The position numbers and the translations under genes were made by a program. From a virus (lineage: Duplodnaviria; Caudoviricetes), in IMG/VR virus record IMGVR_UViG_2595698834_000001, positions 32,001-96,000 of that record: 64,000 nt of DNA. One strand, given 5' to 3'. This document shows, one piece after another, positions 1 to 9,589 of this stretch (positions are counted from its first letter, which is position 1; each line of letters opens with the position of its first letter). Under the pieces are notes generated by a model that worked only from the letters and a program-made list of their open reading frames with translations, was not told the DNA's origin and ran no database searches.

Positions 1-61
1 TGTGAACTTCTTTCCATATGAGTTTTAAATTTTCTTCAACGTACTTGTTACGTGTCTCCAT
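1..61 (-). CDS. N-terminal fragment of a probable second sigma-70-family factor (runs off the window edge)
   Basis: Read by hand: GAGGG RBS, then ATG giving METRNKYVEENLKLIWKEVH, which resembles sigma region 2.1 (RNxLVExNLxLV). It lies directly downstream of the sigma gene at 128-862. Confidence 0.55.
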   Translation of the reverse strand, partial: METRNKYVEENLKLIWKEVH

Positions 62-127
62 TAACTCTGCCCTCTATCTTGTTATTTTATTCCCTAGGCA
101 CACTGTAACATACAGTGTGTTGGTCTG

Positions 128-862
128 TCAAATACTATTTAGAGCTAGTTTTAACTTACCTAGTGCCCTGTCTCGGAAAAGTCGGATTCGAGGCATTGAT
201 ACCCCTATCTCTGCGACCACCTCTTTTAGTAGACAGTCCTCAAAAAAGATCATCTGAATGATTCTGTGTTCTCTTGGTGTAAGTATTTGCATGGCGTCTC
301 TCAGAATGATGTTGTCGACCCACTTAATGTTTAAATCGCCCTCTAGGTGGTCATAATAGAACTCGTTACGTTTAGGAGTGTTCTGTCCGTCTCTGCTGTT
401 TTCAAGATGCTTTACCTCTAATGATAGATACTGTAGTACTTTATTAGCGCCCTCTTTAGTAAGGTCTAGTTGGTTAGCAACGGTTGTACTGGAAGCTTTC
501 TCTAACTCTAACTTCCTAACCTTACGAGCCTGCTCCTGAATATGTGCAGGTACCCTGATAGGTTTGTTGTCTCGATAGTAGTTTTGTATCTCTCCGAACA
601 CGCAAGTACGTAGGTATGTCATAAAAGATGCCTTAGCCCCGTTGTCTGGGTTAAACCTAGTAATAGCTACACAAAAAGCCTCACAAGCCACCTGAAATAC
701 GTCATCTTTATCTCCTGCTGCTGCGTATCTATATGAGAGGCTATGAAGTAGCTCTTTATACTGCTCAAACAGTGCTTCCTTAGCGAGGTCGTCCCCCTCT
801 TTGGCAACACTTACTAGACTGTTAATTTCTTCTTTGGTCGGTGCGGATTTTTCTTTAATCAT
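128..862 (-). CDS. RNA polymerase sigma factor, SigF/SigG/SigB-like (sporulation-type)
   Basis: GDDLAKEALFEQY, DDVFQVACEAFCVAITRFNP, FMTY..GEIQNYYRD..PIRVP, and a region 4 HTH (LTPREHRII..LKEVVAEIGVS..R..ALGKLK). Confidence 0.9.
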   Translation of the reverse strand: MIKEKSAPTKEEINSLVSVAKEGDDLAKEALFEQYKELLHSLSYRYAAAGDKDDVFQVACEAFCVAITRFNPDNGAKASFMTYLRTCVFGEIQNYYRDNKPIRVPAHIQEQARKVRKLELEKASSTTVANQLDLTKEGANKVLQYLSLEVKHLENSRDGQNTPKRNEFYYDHLEGDLNIKWVDNIILRDAMQILTPREHRIIQMIFFEDCLLKEVVAEIGVSMPRIRLFRDRALGKLKLALNSI

Positions 863-896
863 GTTATACCTCCTCTGCTTACTTGTCTATAACTAG

Positions 897-925
897 AGTG
901 TAGCATATAGAACTGTGACTGTCTA
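897..925 (-). promoter_or_regulatory. sigmaA-like promoter upstream of the sigma gene
   Basis: TAGACA-17 bp-TACACT with an extended -10 TG. Confidence 0.65.
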
Positions 926-988
926 CTAAAATTTTGCAAGTTTCCTCACTTTACTTGTTTATACGAGGTGTATGAAAAAAAGAGAACC

Positions 989-1420
989 TTATGAGGGTTC
1001 TCTTTTCCACATTTCAGGTTTCAACGGTACGAACTCAATGTTATTCATATGGTAGAAATCCGGTTCGTGCTTCTTTTCTATAAGCCATTTACGAAGCGCT
1101 ACACTCAAAGCGTATTGTAAGCCGTTTAAATCATCGTCACTTACATCTTGTAAGTAGCCCTCCGCAACCTCTCCTACGTCGTCATAGACAGAATCTGCGA
1201 AGGTTTCTAAAACACTGTCAGCGTCTATGTAAGGGAATGAAATACCGATCTCTTCAGCTTGCCCAACATAAAATCCTGAAATATCAGCCCAATGTTCTTC
1301 AAACTCCCGCTTACCTGCTGCTATAGCCTCTTCCTTAGTATCGAACATATCTTGATCATAGAAGTGCCAAGCATCGTCTTCTGATGTGTTGTACGTCCAT
1401 TTTCCACTATATTTCCTCAT
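989..1420 (-). CDS. hypothetical acidic phage protein
   Basis: 143-aa ORF with AGGAGG RBS and a FDTKEEAIAAG motif; a terminator hairpin overlaps the 3' end. Confidence 0.8.
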   Translation of the reverse strand: MRKYSGKWTYNTSEDDAWHFYDQDMFDTKEEAIAAGKREFEEHWADISGFYVGQAEEIGISFPYIDADSVLETFADSVYDDVGEVAEGYLQDVSDDDLNGLQYALSVALRKWLIEKKHEPDFYHMNNIEFVPLKPEMWKREPS

Positions 1421-1438
1421 AATAATTTCCTCCTTCTA

Positions 1439-1606
1439 CTAATTAAACCAGTTACCCCAAGTGAACAATCCAAAAATGACTAAAAATACGATAGCGAAAA
1501 AGAAGAAAACTATACGGTCTCTCTTTTTGTCGCAAAACACCGTTCCGAATATGCTAATAAACACTAAAATCATGAGTTCGATAAAAGTAATAATCTCAAT
1601 GATCAT
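1439..1606 (-). CDS. small membrane protein (55 aa)
   Basis: Hand translation MIIEIITFIELMILVFISIFG...FFAIVFLVIFGLFTWGNWFN shows two hydrophobic segments. Confidence 0.65.
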   Translation of the reverse strand: MIIEIITFIELMILVFISIFGTVFCDKKRDRIVFFFFAIVFLVIFGLFTWGNWFN

Positions 1607-1607
1607 A

Positions 1608-1766
1608 TCATACCTGCGTCCCTAAACAGGAGAATAAAGAGCATGGCAGAACATACCCCTAACCCTCCTAGATACACCCAAGCTAGCGTTTTAGAGGGTA
1701 CGGCAATATACCCGTAAACACTCCATACTAACATAGATAACACTACAAAAAACAGCATAAAGTACA
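1608..1766 (-). CDS. small membrane protein (52 aa)
   Basis: GGAGG RBS; MYFMLFFVVLSMLVWSVYG...LAWVYLGGLGVCSAMLFILLF shows two hydrophobic segments. Confidence 0.7.
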
Positions 1767-1786
1767 TGTCTTCTACCTCCGGTTAC

Positions 1787-2422
1787 TTATTTTTTGAGGA
1801 CAAATCGAGGAGTTCCAGTAAGTGTGATCCGCTTAGCTTCTATCATTGCGGCTGTTTCCTCGTTAATCTTACCTAGCTTAGCTAGTGCATCCAATTTGTC
1901 AGAGTTAACCCGCAGCTCTGTAACTTCGTCTAGGATGTCCCCTGTAAGTAGCGCACGAATATCATTTAAATCGTAGTTAGAAAACGTTGATACAGAATTG
2001 CTTTGAACCGCATCTACAAGAGCAATCTTCTTGCCTAGGGAGCTCTCTAGTTCAGTGATATTGTTATCTTCCATATATTTTCTGATTGTTTTTTTAAGAC
2101 GGTCTTGGTCGGCTCTCAGCTTCGACAAGTACCCATGTAGGTCAACATAATCATCAATCTGTTGCTGCATTTCTTGTGTTACTTTGTTCTTTTCTCTTAC
2201 CACTTTAGCCAATCCCGTCTGCCCGTTATCTACTGCTACTTTAAAAATATCTTCGGTTTCTTGCTTCCACCCGTTAGCTAAGAAAGTTTCTTCGACCGTC
2301 TCGAACGTATGGTTTGCGGAGAAAGGTGTAACCTGCCCGTCACGTTCTACTTCAACTCTCCCGTCTTTCTCCGTTAAAACTGCTTTGTGGTCTCCATTAA
2401 CAAATGTGATTTTCTTCATCAT
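1787..2422 (-). CDS. hypothetical protein with a coiled-coil segment
   Basis: 211-aa ORF with AAGGAG RBS and its own promoter. Confidence 0.8.
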   Translation of the reverse strand: MMKKITFVNGDHKAVLTEKDGRVEVERDGQVTPFSANHTFETVEETFLANGWKQETEDIFKVAVDNGQTGLAKVVREKNKVTQEMQQQIDDYVDLHGYLSKLRADQDRLKKTIRKYMEDNNITELESSLGKKIALVDAVQSNSVSTFSNYDLNDIRALLTGDILDEVTELRVNSDKLDALAKLGKINEETAAMIEAKRITLTGTPRFVLKK

Positions 2423-2449
2423 TCATCTCTCCTTTGATTGTGTAACCTT

Positions 2450-2478
2450 AGTATAACCTGTAGTTAACTAAATGTCAA
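2450..2478 (-). promoter_or_regulatory. sigmaA-like promoter
   Basis: TTGACA-17 bp-TATACT. Confidence 0.8.
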
Positions 2479-2532
2479 CCCCTTTAAAGTTAATATCTCC
2501 TTAGACCTTTGCAGCATACTCGTACTAAACAA

Positions 2533-3210
2533 TTAAATTTCATCCGCTGCTTGTGCGACACGATAGCTGTCGAAGCAGGATGTAACCCAGTTGCTAATAA
2601 GTTCTAACGGCTCCACGATTAGGTTGAGGATAGGGCGGTTGTCGATAGCGTATCTCGTACCATCAAACTCAAGGACACTGTGAATACATTCTGATGAGGT
2701 TGTAAACTCAATCTTCAGTTGGCAACGTGTTAAAGGATAAAGCATGCTATACTTTCTCGATAGCCACGCAATATCTTCTTCAATACTATCTCGAGAAGAG
2801 ATAAATTGAATACCTGCGAAGTCAACAATAACTTTTGGGCGATATTCCTCTTGTCCTGCTAGTAGTCGAGCAAAGAATTTACTGGCTCCTAGTGGGTAAC
2901 CCAGTAATTGACCGAATTTTACCGTCTTTTGCATGTCATCTTCTTCTTTAAGATACTCGTAATACTCTTGTCTAACCGATTCATTGTTGAAGAAAACTAC
3001 GCCGTACGGATTACCGCTAATTCCAGTTTGGCATGCATACAATAAATGGCTCATGTCTACGCCTTCTTCAATTAAACTCTCAAATATTGGGTAAGGCATT
3101 GTTACCGCAGGCTTAAACCCGTTAAAGAACGCTTCTGCTTCTCTTACAGCTCGTCCATAATGCGGATGATTTTTCGGTACGCACTCAAACATTTCAGGGG
3201 TTAACTTCAT
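2533..3210 (-). CDS. hypothetical protein
   Basis: 225-aa ORF with GAGG RBS and a FGQLLGYP motif. Confidence 0.8.
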   Translation of the reverse strand: MKLTPEMFECVPKNHPHYGRAVREAEAFFNGFKPAVTMPYPIFESLIEEGVDMSHLLYACQTGISGNPYGVVFFNNESVRQEYYEYLKEEDDMQKTVKFGQLLGYPLGASKFFARLLAGQEEYRPKVIVDFAGIQFISSRDSIEEDIAWLSRKYSMLYPLTRCQLKIEFTTSSECIHSVLEFDGTRYAIDNRPILNLIVEPLELISNWVTSCFDSYRVAQAADEI

Positions 3211-3271
3211 TAAAATCCTCTCCAGTCGTCTCGTATTATTGATAGTAGATTATTGTTTTTATATCACCTGC

Positions 3272-3940
3272 TTATAGAGTAACGTTTGTACCTTTTAGTA
3301 CAGTAAACTTAACTGTAGGGTTTCCTACGTCATCGACGCCCATCTGAATGTCTGTAATATTTTCAAGTGGAATGCTTACCTTTCTCACTCGAGATGGATC
3401 AGACACAACAATATCAGCACTAGGTGGTCTCGTCCAGTCCGACACTGAAGGCGTTTTGTTCTTATCTACTAACATAATGTTACGGGAATTATCTAGTGTG
3501 GCAGATTTACTGCCTCTATCTGCTACTTTGCGAGTTGCAACTTTTCGATCTACTTTAAATTCATTCAAGATTGTGTATGTGCCGTGCTTGTTGATATTGT
3601 ACTTCTTGTATATGTCATTTAAGTTCATGCCATTTTCATAGTCTGTAACGAGGTTACGCTTGTCTTTCTTGGTCATCTCCTGTAGTCTTTTCCCGGCTTT
3701 AGAATTTTTAATTCTTCCGTTACGCAAGGGTAGGCTGTGCCTAGTAATAATTTCATACATCTTGCCTGAAGAGATTTTAAATGTGTCTTGAATTTCTCCT
3801 ACAGTATGACCCTCCGAATACATCCTGACGATAGCAGCTTCAGAAGCTACGTCTTCCGCAGAAACGTTTGTTGTTGCGAATGCTTTAGCTTCTTCTTTTG
3901 TAAACTCCTCGAATGGTGGTGGTACGTGCCCTTTGCTCAT
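3272..3940 (-). CDS. putative DNA-binding protein with two HTH-like repeats
   Basis: Internal repeats IVRMYSEGHTVGEIQDTFKISSGKMYEII and LVTDYENGMNLNDIYKKYNINKHGTYTIL. Confidence 0.7.
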   Translation of the reverse strand: MSKGHVPPPFEEFTKEEAKAFATTNVSAEDVASEAAIVRMYSEGHTVGEIQDTFKISSGKMYEIITRHSLPLRNGRIKNSKAGKRLQEMTKKDKRNLVTDYENGMNLNDIYKKYNINKHGTYTILNEFKVDRKVATRKVADRGSKSATLDNSRNIMLVDKNKTPSVSDWTRPPSADIVVSDPSRVRKVSIPLENITDIQMGVDDVGNPTVKFTVLKGTNVTL

Positions 3941-3973
3941 ATGTTATACTCCTCCTATAAATGATATAAATAG

Positions 3974-4002
3974 AGTGTAACACGACTATATGATACTGTC
4001 AA
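3974..4002 (-). promoter_or_regulatory. sigmaA-like promoter
   Basis: TTGACA-17 bp-TACACT, directly after a terminator. Confidence 0.75.
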
Positions 4003-4012
4003 CCTACTAAAT

Positions 4013-4038
4013 AAAAAAAAGAGCCAATATAGGCTCTT
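4013..4038 (-). terminator. intrinsic terminator
   Basis: AAGAGCC-loop-GGCTCTT hairpin followed by a U tract on the minus strand. Confidence 0.75.
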
Positions 4039-4891
4039 ACATAACGACGTTTAACTCAATAGAGTTATGGGTGCTGTCTAACTTTAGAATGTACCCGCCC
4101 GTTACGGCATCTACGGTCATTCTATAGTCTTGGAGGGAAGCATACGGGAGTTTAAAATAGTGCTGATCGGTACTGAAGATGTAGTCTCCTTCCATATTCT
4201 CCATTAGACTAACAACGCCCTCGATTGGCACACAGACGCTTCGTAGCCCCTCTTTTTTGGACTCTACCTTCAAAGATACGATATGAGTACCAAGTAAGTT
4301 GTCATCGCTCATAAGCTCGAATAAAGGTGCAAAGCCAACCATAGTTAGCTCCTTGTCTAAGAAGTTACCAAGGAATTTTAAGGCGCCGCTCGTACCGTAC
4401 AGAAGTGCTACAGTATGGTCGATTACCTCATCGAACCGCTCTGTTAGATAAAGGATTGTAAACTTTTCTTTTTGAATAGTAAACTCTCTATACTGGACTG
4501 TGGGATTCTTCATATTCAACACAAGGCTTGCGTCAGCTAGATGGTAAGTAGCGGTTATAGGCTGCTGTGGGCTGTTATCTAAAAAGTCCGGATTCTCCTC
4601 AGACTGTTCATACCCCGGAATGTCTCCAGCCTCGTAACGTACCAAGAAGTCAAGAGTATTATCTAACTCAAACCGTGCATTTTTTTCAATAAGCATAGAA
4701 AGAGTTAGATTAACCTGACTATTTGTAATATCTAGTTTATTTACCAGCGCATGTGAACGGCAGGCTACTCGTCGACTAAGGAATGGATTCGTATAACTTA
4801 CTCCATAAAGTTTTAACTTATCGTTCTCCTCAAAGTTTCGTAGTTTCATTAAAGTTGCGTTTAGTAGTCTAGTTTCTTTAATCTTTACCAT
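4037..4891 (-). CDS. hypothetical protein
   Basis: 284-aa ORF, translationally coupled (TAATG) to the upstream gene. Confidence 0.85.
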   Translation of the reverse strand: MVKIKETRLLNATLMKLRNFEENDKLKLYGVSYTNPFLSRRVACRSHALVNKLDITNSQVNLTLSMLIEKNARFELDNTLDFLVRYEAGDIPGYEQSEENPDFLDNSPQQPITATYHLADASLVLNMKNPTVQYREFTIQKEKFTILYLTERFDEVIDHTVALLYGTSGALKFLGNFLDKELTMVGFAPLFELMSDDNLLGTHIVSLKVESKKEGLRSVCVPIEGVVSLMENMEGDYIFSTDQHYFKLPYASLQDYRMTVDAVTGGYILKLDSTHNSIELNVVM

Positions 4892-5421
4892 TAGTGTTTT
4901 CCCCTCTCTCGGTTATAGTATGAGTTACGACTAGTTTGTTGTTTTTGGCTCTTAGTCTTCGACTTGAACCCTATGTTGCGGCTAAAAGCCTTCTGCGGGC
5001 TCTTTATGGCGTTTTTCTTGACTTGGAGTACAAATACAAGCATGTTACCTTTAATCAGCCTCTGCGTCCGTATAGATAGCTTTCCGTAGATGTCTTTGCC
5101 TACCCTTATGTAATAAACTTCATCTCGTGCAGTTAGGGTCTGCTCACCTGTAGACTTTTTCATTTTTAAGGTGAGCATATCTACAGGTATTCCAGCATAT
5201 TGAGATACGAGATCGGTGCCATATACCTTCCGGAGCTCCACATCCTTCTCAGATAAACCTTCATACATTCGTGTAAACTCTATATGGTAATGACCTTTTG
5301 TGCTACTAAGAGACTTCTTATAAGCGTCCTTCCCGTTTTCGTTGACTCCTGTTAGTCCTCGTGTAGTTCTTCCTCGGGATTTAGAAAGGTTCAACGGGTT
5401 AGCTTTTTTCTTGTTTGCCAT
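4891..5421 (-). CDS. hypothetical basic protein
   Basis: 176-aa Lys/Arg-rich ORF with GAGGAGG RBS. Confidence 0.85.
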   Translation of the reverse strand: MANKKKANPLNLSKSRGRTTRGLTGVNENGKDAYKKSLSSTKGHYHIEFTRMYEGLSEKDVELRKVYGTDLVSQYAGIPVDMLTLKMKKSTGEQTLTARDEVYYIRVGKDIYGKLSIRTQRLIKGNMLVFVLQVKKNAIKSPQKAFSRNIGFKSKTKSQKQQTSRNSYYNRERGKH

Positions 5422-5441
5422 TGCTGTAACCTCCTCTCTTT

Positions 5442-5470
5442 ATTCTATATGATATGATTAATGTTGTCAA
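5442..5470 (-). promoter_or_regulatory. sigmaA-like promoter
   Basis: TTGACA-17 bp-TAGAAT, preceded by a terminator U tract. Confidence 0.75.
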
Positions 5471-5528
5471 CAAAAAAAAAGAGGCTACAATATAGATGTC
5501 ACCTCTTTTCCCCTATACTTATATTGTA

Positions 5529-6092
5529 TCATAACTTCTGCGTTGTTCTCGGTTCCATTCCCTCTAAGATACTAATGGCTTCCAAAAGCTTCATACGGTT
5601 TTTATTATACACCTCCATTTCCTTCTCAATGTCACTTACTTGTTTTTTTAGACTAAGCAATGCTTGAGTATGGCTACCAACCATTTCAGATGATCGTTCA
5701 GTATCTGAAGGTGTTTTCGTACTCTCTATATGTGCTGTGGCTTGTTTAACAAATTCATCGTAGTCTTTAGCTTGTTGTTTATCTACTTTGAACCTCTCTT
5801 CTAGCTGCGGTAGCATACTCCAGTGAATTAAAGCTGTTCTTGTTCCTGTAAAATCTTGTGAGTTAAATAGCGGGTTGTTTACATTCTCTGCTAAAATGTT
5901 CTTGATTTGTTTCTCACCTCGAAAAGCAATATATTTATCAGCAGCTAGTTTAACCACAGAGGATCTAACTGCCGCTTTAACTGAAGCTGAATCAGAATAG
6001 TTTGCTGTATCTCGTGTTGAAGAGAACTCAGCTAGTGTAACCCAAAATTCCCTTGCATATCGTACTAAGTTTAACTTGCTCATATATAACAT
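5529..6092 (-). CDS. hypothetical protein
   Basis: 187-aa ORF with a C-terminal coiled coil. Confidence 0.8.
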   Translation of the reverse strand: MLYMSKLNLVRYAREFWVTLAEFSSTRDTANYSDSASVKAAVRSSVVKLAADKYIAFRGEKQIKNILAENVNNPLFNSQDFTGTRTALIHWSMLPQLEERFKVDKQQAKDYDEFVKQATAHIESTKTPSDTERSSEMVGSHTQALLSLKKQVSDIEKEMEVYNKNRMKLLEAISILEGMEPRTTQKL

Positions 6093-6187
6093 CTCCTTAT
6101 TAGTTAGTTTAACCAGGGGCTAAGTTTCAACCCCTTGTATATTGTATTATATCATGTTGTAACTTAGAAGTATATTTCCTCTATTTT

Positions 6188-6910
6188 CTATCTTTTTTCT
6201 TTAAAATGGTGAAATTTCAAGTGTTTCTCCGGATGCATCTTCCCGGAAATAAAGATATTACAGAGGAGTTTATTGGCTTCCTCCTCACCTAACCGAGACA
6301 CAATAGCGTTTATCATGTCTCCCTTCTTCAGATACTTTTTAGAGGCTCCAGATTGTGTGTATAGCCCGTGGAGTCCATTTGACCTGCTGGCTGCACTATA
6401 AACACTCATACCTTTTTCTTCCTCAAGTGTTTTCATCTGTCTTTTGAAACTACCTAGCAGGTTAGAAATTTCTTCTTTCCATAGCATCTGATATGCGATG
6501 CGGACATTCTTAGTCGGAGATTGTGTTGGCTTCTTATAAACTCCAAGTACTGGTTGTCCTTTGAACTCTGTGTAGGCTAAAATTCCTACGTGGTGGTAAT
6601 TATGTTTTTCTAATACCTCCTCTGTTTTTTCTACATGATCATCGTGGCATAGTACATAGACGTAGTCACAAACAAGACTATAGTTTTTCAGTTGTTTGTT
6701 AAGTCGGCGTACATTGTCTCGCTCTGTTTTTATCTCGACCCCTATAATCCCTCCCCCTTCGGAGAATATAAGACAGTCAGCTATAGTCGAGCTAACAACA
6801 ATACCCTTTTCAAATAGCACTGTACTTTTACTATACCCGTCTGTAACGAAAATATGCCTCTTCTCTAAAATAATTTGTTTAATATCGTCCTCGTAGAACC
6901 TTTTTTCCAT
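6188..6910 (-). CDS. PD-(D/E)XK nuclease-like protein (sce7726/MmcB-like)
   Basis: E..IADCL...GVEIKTERD...RL..QL..Y....DYVYV pattern. Confidence 0.7.
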   Translation of the reverse strand: MEKRFYEDDIKQIILEKRHIFVTDGYSKSTVLFEKGIVVSSTIADCLIFSEGGGIIGVEIKTERDNVRRLNKQLKNYSLVCDYVYVLCHDDHVEKTEEVLEKHNYHHVGILAYTEFKGQPVLGVYKKPTQSPTKNVRIAYQMLWKEEISNLLGSFKRQMKTLEEEKGMSVYSAASRSNGLHGLYTQSGASKKYLKKGDMINAIVSRLGEEEANKLLCNIFISGKMHPEKHLKFHHFKEKR

Positions 6911-7008
6911 AGTTTCTCAGTCCTTATATGTCGAATTATACAATATAGCCCCGAACAGCGTCAACCGTCGAGGCTACAAAAAATATCATTTGAGTGTGCT
7001 ATAGGCTG

Positions 7009-7428
7009 CTATTCGTCTATAGCTACAGTAAGCTTAACTTTCTTACCATAGTGGAAGGCAAAAGCATCTTCTACCAGTTGTGAAAGTACTGTAAGGCTCA
7101 TTGGGTCTACCTTAAAGAAGTTAGTTACCTCATCGTCGTCTTCTATATGAATTTCAAAACTATCCGCTGAGGCGCACATAGTATATCCGAGTATATTGGA
7201 TTCGTCGTCCTTCGCAGCCTTTTCTACTCCAATAACATTATCGTTCTCCCTATCAGTTAGATGAGGAAATCTCTTCGTAAATTCTGTAAATTTTACCGCT
7301 TGTAACTCCTGCTTCAACCTAACAGATCTCCCTACAGCGTCAGTATACTTACTCTTCTCCTTCGCTAGGTTTAAATTAATGTCTTGTAGTTGCTCATGGA
7401 TACTTTTATTGATTTCAGACATTATCAT
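7009..7428 (-). CDS. hypothetical protein (paralog of 7415-7861)
   Basis: N-terminal coiled coil followed by RFPHLT. Confidence 0.8.
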   Translation of the reverse strand: MIMSEINKSIHEQLQDINLNLAKEKSKYTDAVGRSVRLKQELQAVKFTEFTKRFPHLTDRENDNVIGVEKAAKDDESNILGYTMCASADSFEIHIEDDDEVTNFFKVDPMSLTVLSQLVEDAFAFHYGKKVKLTVAIDE

Positions 7429-7861
7429 GCCCTCCTCTGTTAACGGGTAACGTTGGCTTACTAAACAGGGATATGGATGTGTTGTCTAGAGCTGCATTAG
7501 CATCTATAACTAGTTGGTTTAGAAAAGATAAATGTTTTTCTGTCAACCGTATTTCTTTAGACCCCTCTTCGTCAGATACGGTTAACCACATGACTGGTGG
7601 TAGGTTTGTTGAGTTGTGTCGACGTGCAACAAAGGCATACTGGAGGCTCTTCTCCGTTTTGTTGGTTATGCTGTTTTTCATGTCTAGTTGACCACTTACA
7701 CTTCCGTGGCTATGAGCAGTTAAATGAGGGAACCTACTCGATAAGTCAAAGCTCTTAGTTGTAGCTAGCTTTCCTTCTAAAGCTTTAATTCGATCCCTTG
7801 ACGATTCTATTTCCTTCTCTGCTTGTGCTAACTCTGCAATAATCTCTTCTTTAGTTCTCAT
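7415..7861 (-). CDS. hypothetical protein (paralog of 7009-7428)
   Basis: N-terminal coiled coil followed by RFPHLT. Confidence 0.8.
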   Translation of the reverse strand: MRTKEEIIAELAQAEKEIESSRDRIKALEGKLATTKSFDLSSRFPHLTAHSHGSVSGQLDMKNSITNKTEKSLQYAFVARRHNSTNLPPVMWLTVSDEEGSKEIRLTEKHLSFLNQLVIDANAALDNTSISLFSKPTLPVNRGGHDNV

Positions 7862-8169
7862 TTTAGCTCCTCCTTTTGGTTGTTATATCCTTCTACTTCA
7901 AAATGAGATGCAAAAATTTTCATCTCATCGAGTCCAATTTTCCTTTGTTGCTTGCATTTTTTACATGTTATAACAAATCTATGACCTACCAATTCATAGC
8001 TAGAACAAAGAAGGTCGCCATCTGCTTCGTACCGGAATTCTATGTCATGTAGAAACCACTGGTGTGGGGCGGTGGTACATAACTGTTCCTTCTCTTGGTT
8101 TGGTTTCTCTATATCCTTCAATGCTACAACATACTTCGGTTGTTGGTTCAGTGGACCTCTATTTTTCAT
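7858..8169 (-). CDS. hypothetical protein, possible Zn-binding
   Basis: C....H..... and CKKC; AGGAGG RBS. Confidence 0.75.
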   Translation of the reverse strand: MKNRGPLNQQPKYVVALKDIEKPNQEKEQLCTTAPHQWFLHDIEFRYEADGDLLCSSYELVGHRFVITCKKCKQQRKIGLDEMKIFASHFEVEGYNNQKEELK

Positions 8170-8183
8170 GGGGGCTCCTCCTC

Positions 8184-8345
8184 CTATATCTTATCTCTAT
8201 AATACAATAAAACTGTCATAGCCAGTAGAATGAACGCTGCTATAACGCCAGTAATCCCTAGTGTACTATACGCAGCAATAATTCCTCCGACCGCACAAGT
8301 TGTAAGAATAATTAAAAGACATACCGTACCTAGAATATCGTGCAT
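8184..8345 (-). CDS. small membrane protein (53 aa)
   Basis: AAGGAGG RBS; MHDILGTVCLLIILTTCAVGGIIAAYSTLGITGVIAAFILLAMTVLLYY. Confidence 0.7.
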   Translation of the reverse strand: MHDILGTVCLLIILTTCAVGGIIAAYSTLGITGVIAAFILLAMTVLLYYRDKI

Positions 8346-8357
8346 CTAATCTCCTCC

Positions 8358-8972
8358 TTACATTCCTTTGTAGGCTCCACCTAGTGGATTATTAGGATTT
8401 TCATTTTTGTCCTCTCCTGTAAAGTCGTAGAAGTCATTTCCACCTCCTGCCGAAAGTGCCTTGACAACGGAATCCGCAGGGATAGATACTTTTTCTTCCC
8501 ACACAATAGAGTCTAGTCCAACAAAAACTCCTGTCGGGGTTCCTCGTTCATACTTTCGCTGTCCTCCTTGCGTAGTCCACCTATCAGGAGTATGTTCGAA
8601 GAACCCGCTACCTAACTTACCACTAAAGGTGTCCAGCTGGTTATGTACTACAGGACATACGAATACAGGAGGTGAAGGTCTCCAGCTCTTTTTCTCTTTT
8701 TTATTGCGAGAATATAGTGAATCTGCGATTCTCCCGAGCGTAGTTTGCTGACTAAATTGGGCTGACTTCTTGGGTATAAACTGCCCTTTCTTCATGGGAG
8801 GGGACTTAGGATCGACTCCTTCTGTTTGAACTTCGAATGCACACACATACGCTGTATCTCGTTCCTTGATTAATTCAATGATGTATACAGGCTTCTTGTC
8901 TACCCAAAGAACGCCACGTCTTACGTACTTTATAAGGGACTCGTCAAGATTAGAAAAGTCTTGTTCACTCAT
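8358..8972 (-). CDS. hypothetical protein
   Basis: 204-aa ORF with RBS. Confidence 0.85.
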   Translation of the reverse strand: MSEQDFSNLDESLIKYVRRGVLWVDKKPVYIIELIKERDTAYVCAFEVQTEGVDPKSPPMKKGQFIPKKSAQFSQQTTLGRIADSLYSRNKKEKKSWRPSPPVFVCPVVHNQLDTFSGKLGSGFFEHTPDRWTTQGGQRKYERGTPTGVFVGLDSIVWEEKVSIPADSVVKALSAGGGNDFYDFTGEDKNENPNNPLGGAYKGM

Positions 8973-9104
8973 TTAACCTCGCTCCTTTCTTTTAATTTGT
9001 GTCGCTATACTGGTTGCTTTTAATACTACTTTTTCTCGTTCTTCTTTACTTCCAGATTTCCCTACCCGCAGCTCTAGTTCAGGTATAGTAACTCTGTCCT
9101 TCAT
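8973..9104 (-). CDS. small hypothetical protein (43 aa)
   Basis: GGAGGGG RBS; MKDRVTIPELELRVGKSG...; lies downstream of a promoter. Confidence 0.55.
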   Translation of the reverse strand: MKDRVTIPELELRVGKSGSKEEREKVVLKATSIATQIKRKERG

Positions 9105-9141
9105 GAAACCCCTCCGTTCGTTGTCCATATCGTATAGTTTG

Positions 9142-9170
9142 ATTATAGCAGGTAAAAATGACTTTGTCTA
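9142..9170 (-). promoter_or_regulatory. sigmaA-like promoter
   Basis: TAGACA-17 bp-TATAAT with an extended -10 TG. Confidence 0.75.
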
Positions 9171-9208
9171 CTTTAATATAAAGAAAAAAGTAACCAATTG
9201 GCTACTTT

Positions 9209-9589
9209 TTACATCATCCCTTTTAGCTTTTCCTGTAACTCGCTTTTTGCGCTCTTTCGATCTTTAAACGTGCTCACGGAGTATACTGCCCATATAACAA
9301 GATATGTAATGATGTCCATTACAACAGTGAATAGAACAGTCGCGAGAGCGGTAGTTAAAAAGTTCAACGGAACGCCTATGACTACAAACGGTAAATGTAC
9401 CAGCCCGGTAGCAAAGAGGAACCCTACCACAGCAACAAAAAGTACACCAACGAAGAAGCTAACAATTAGAGGGTCCTGACCCGCAGATCTCTTATCTCGA
9501 ATGGTCTTAACTCCTCCGATTACTTGGCTGATAACCATAATACCTAGTATAGTGTAAAGTACTGTCTGTAAAACAAGTAACCCATTCAT
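9209..9589 (-). CDS. membrane protein
   Basis: Three hydrophobic segments; start reassigned to the ATG at 9589, which follows AGGAGG. Confidence 0.8.
   Translation of the reverse strand: MNGLLVLQTVLYTILGIMVISQVIGGVKTIRDKRSAGQDPLIVSFFVGVLFVAVVGFLFATGLVHLPFVVIGVPLNFLTTALATVLFTVVMDIITYLVIWAVYSVSTFKDRKSAKSELQEKLKGMM

Noticed and set aside
98-120. Palindrome CACACTGTA-ACA-TACAGTGTG as an ncRNA
   Set aside because: It is a single short inverted repeat between the two sigma genes, better explained as an operator or mRNA hairpin.
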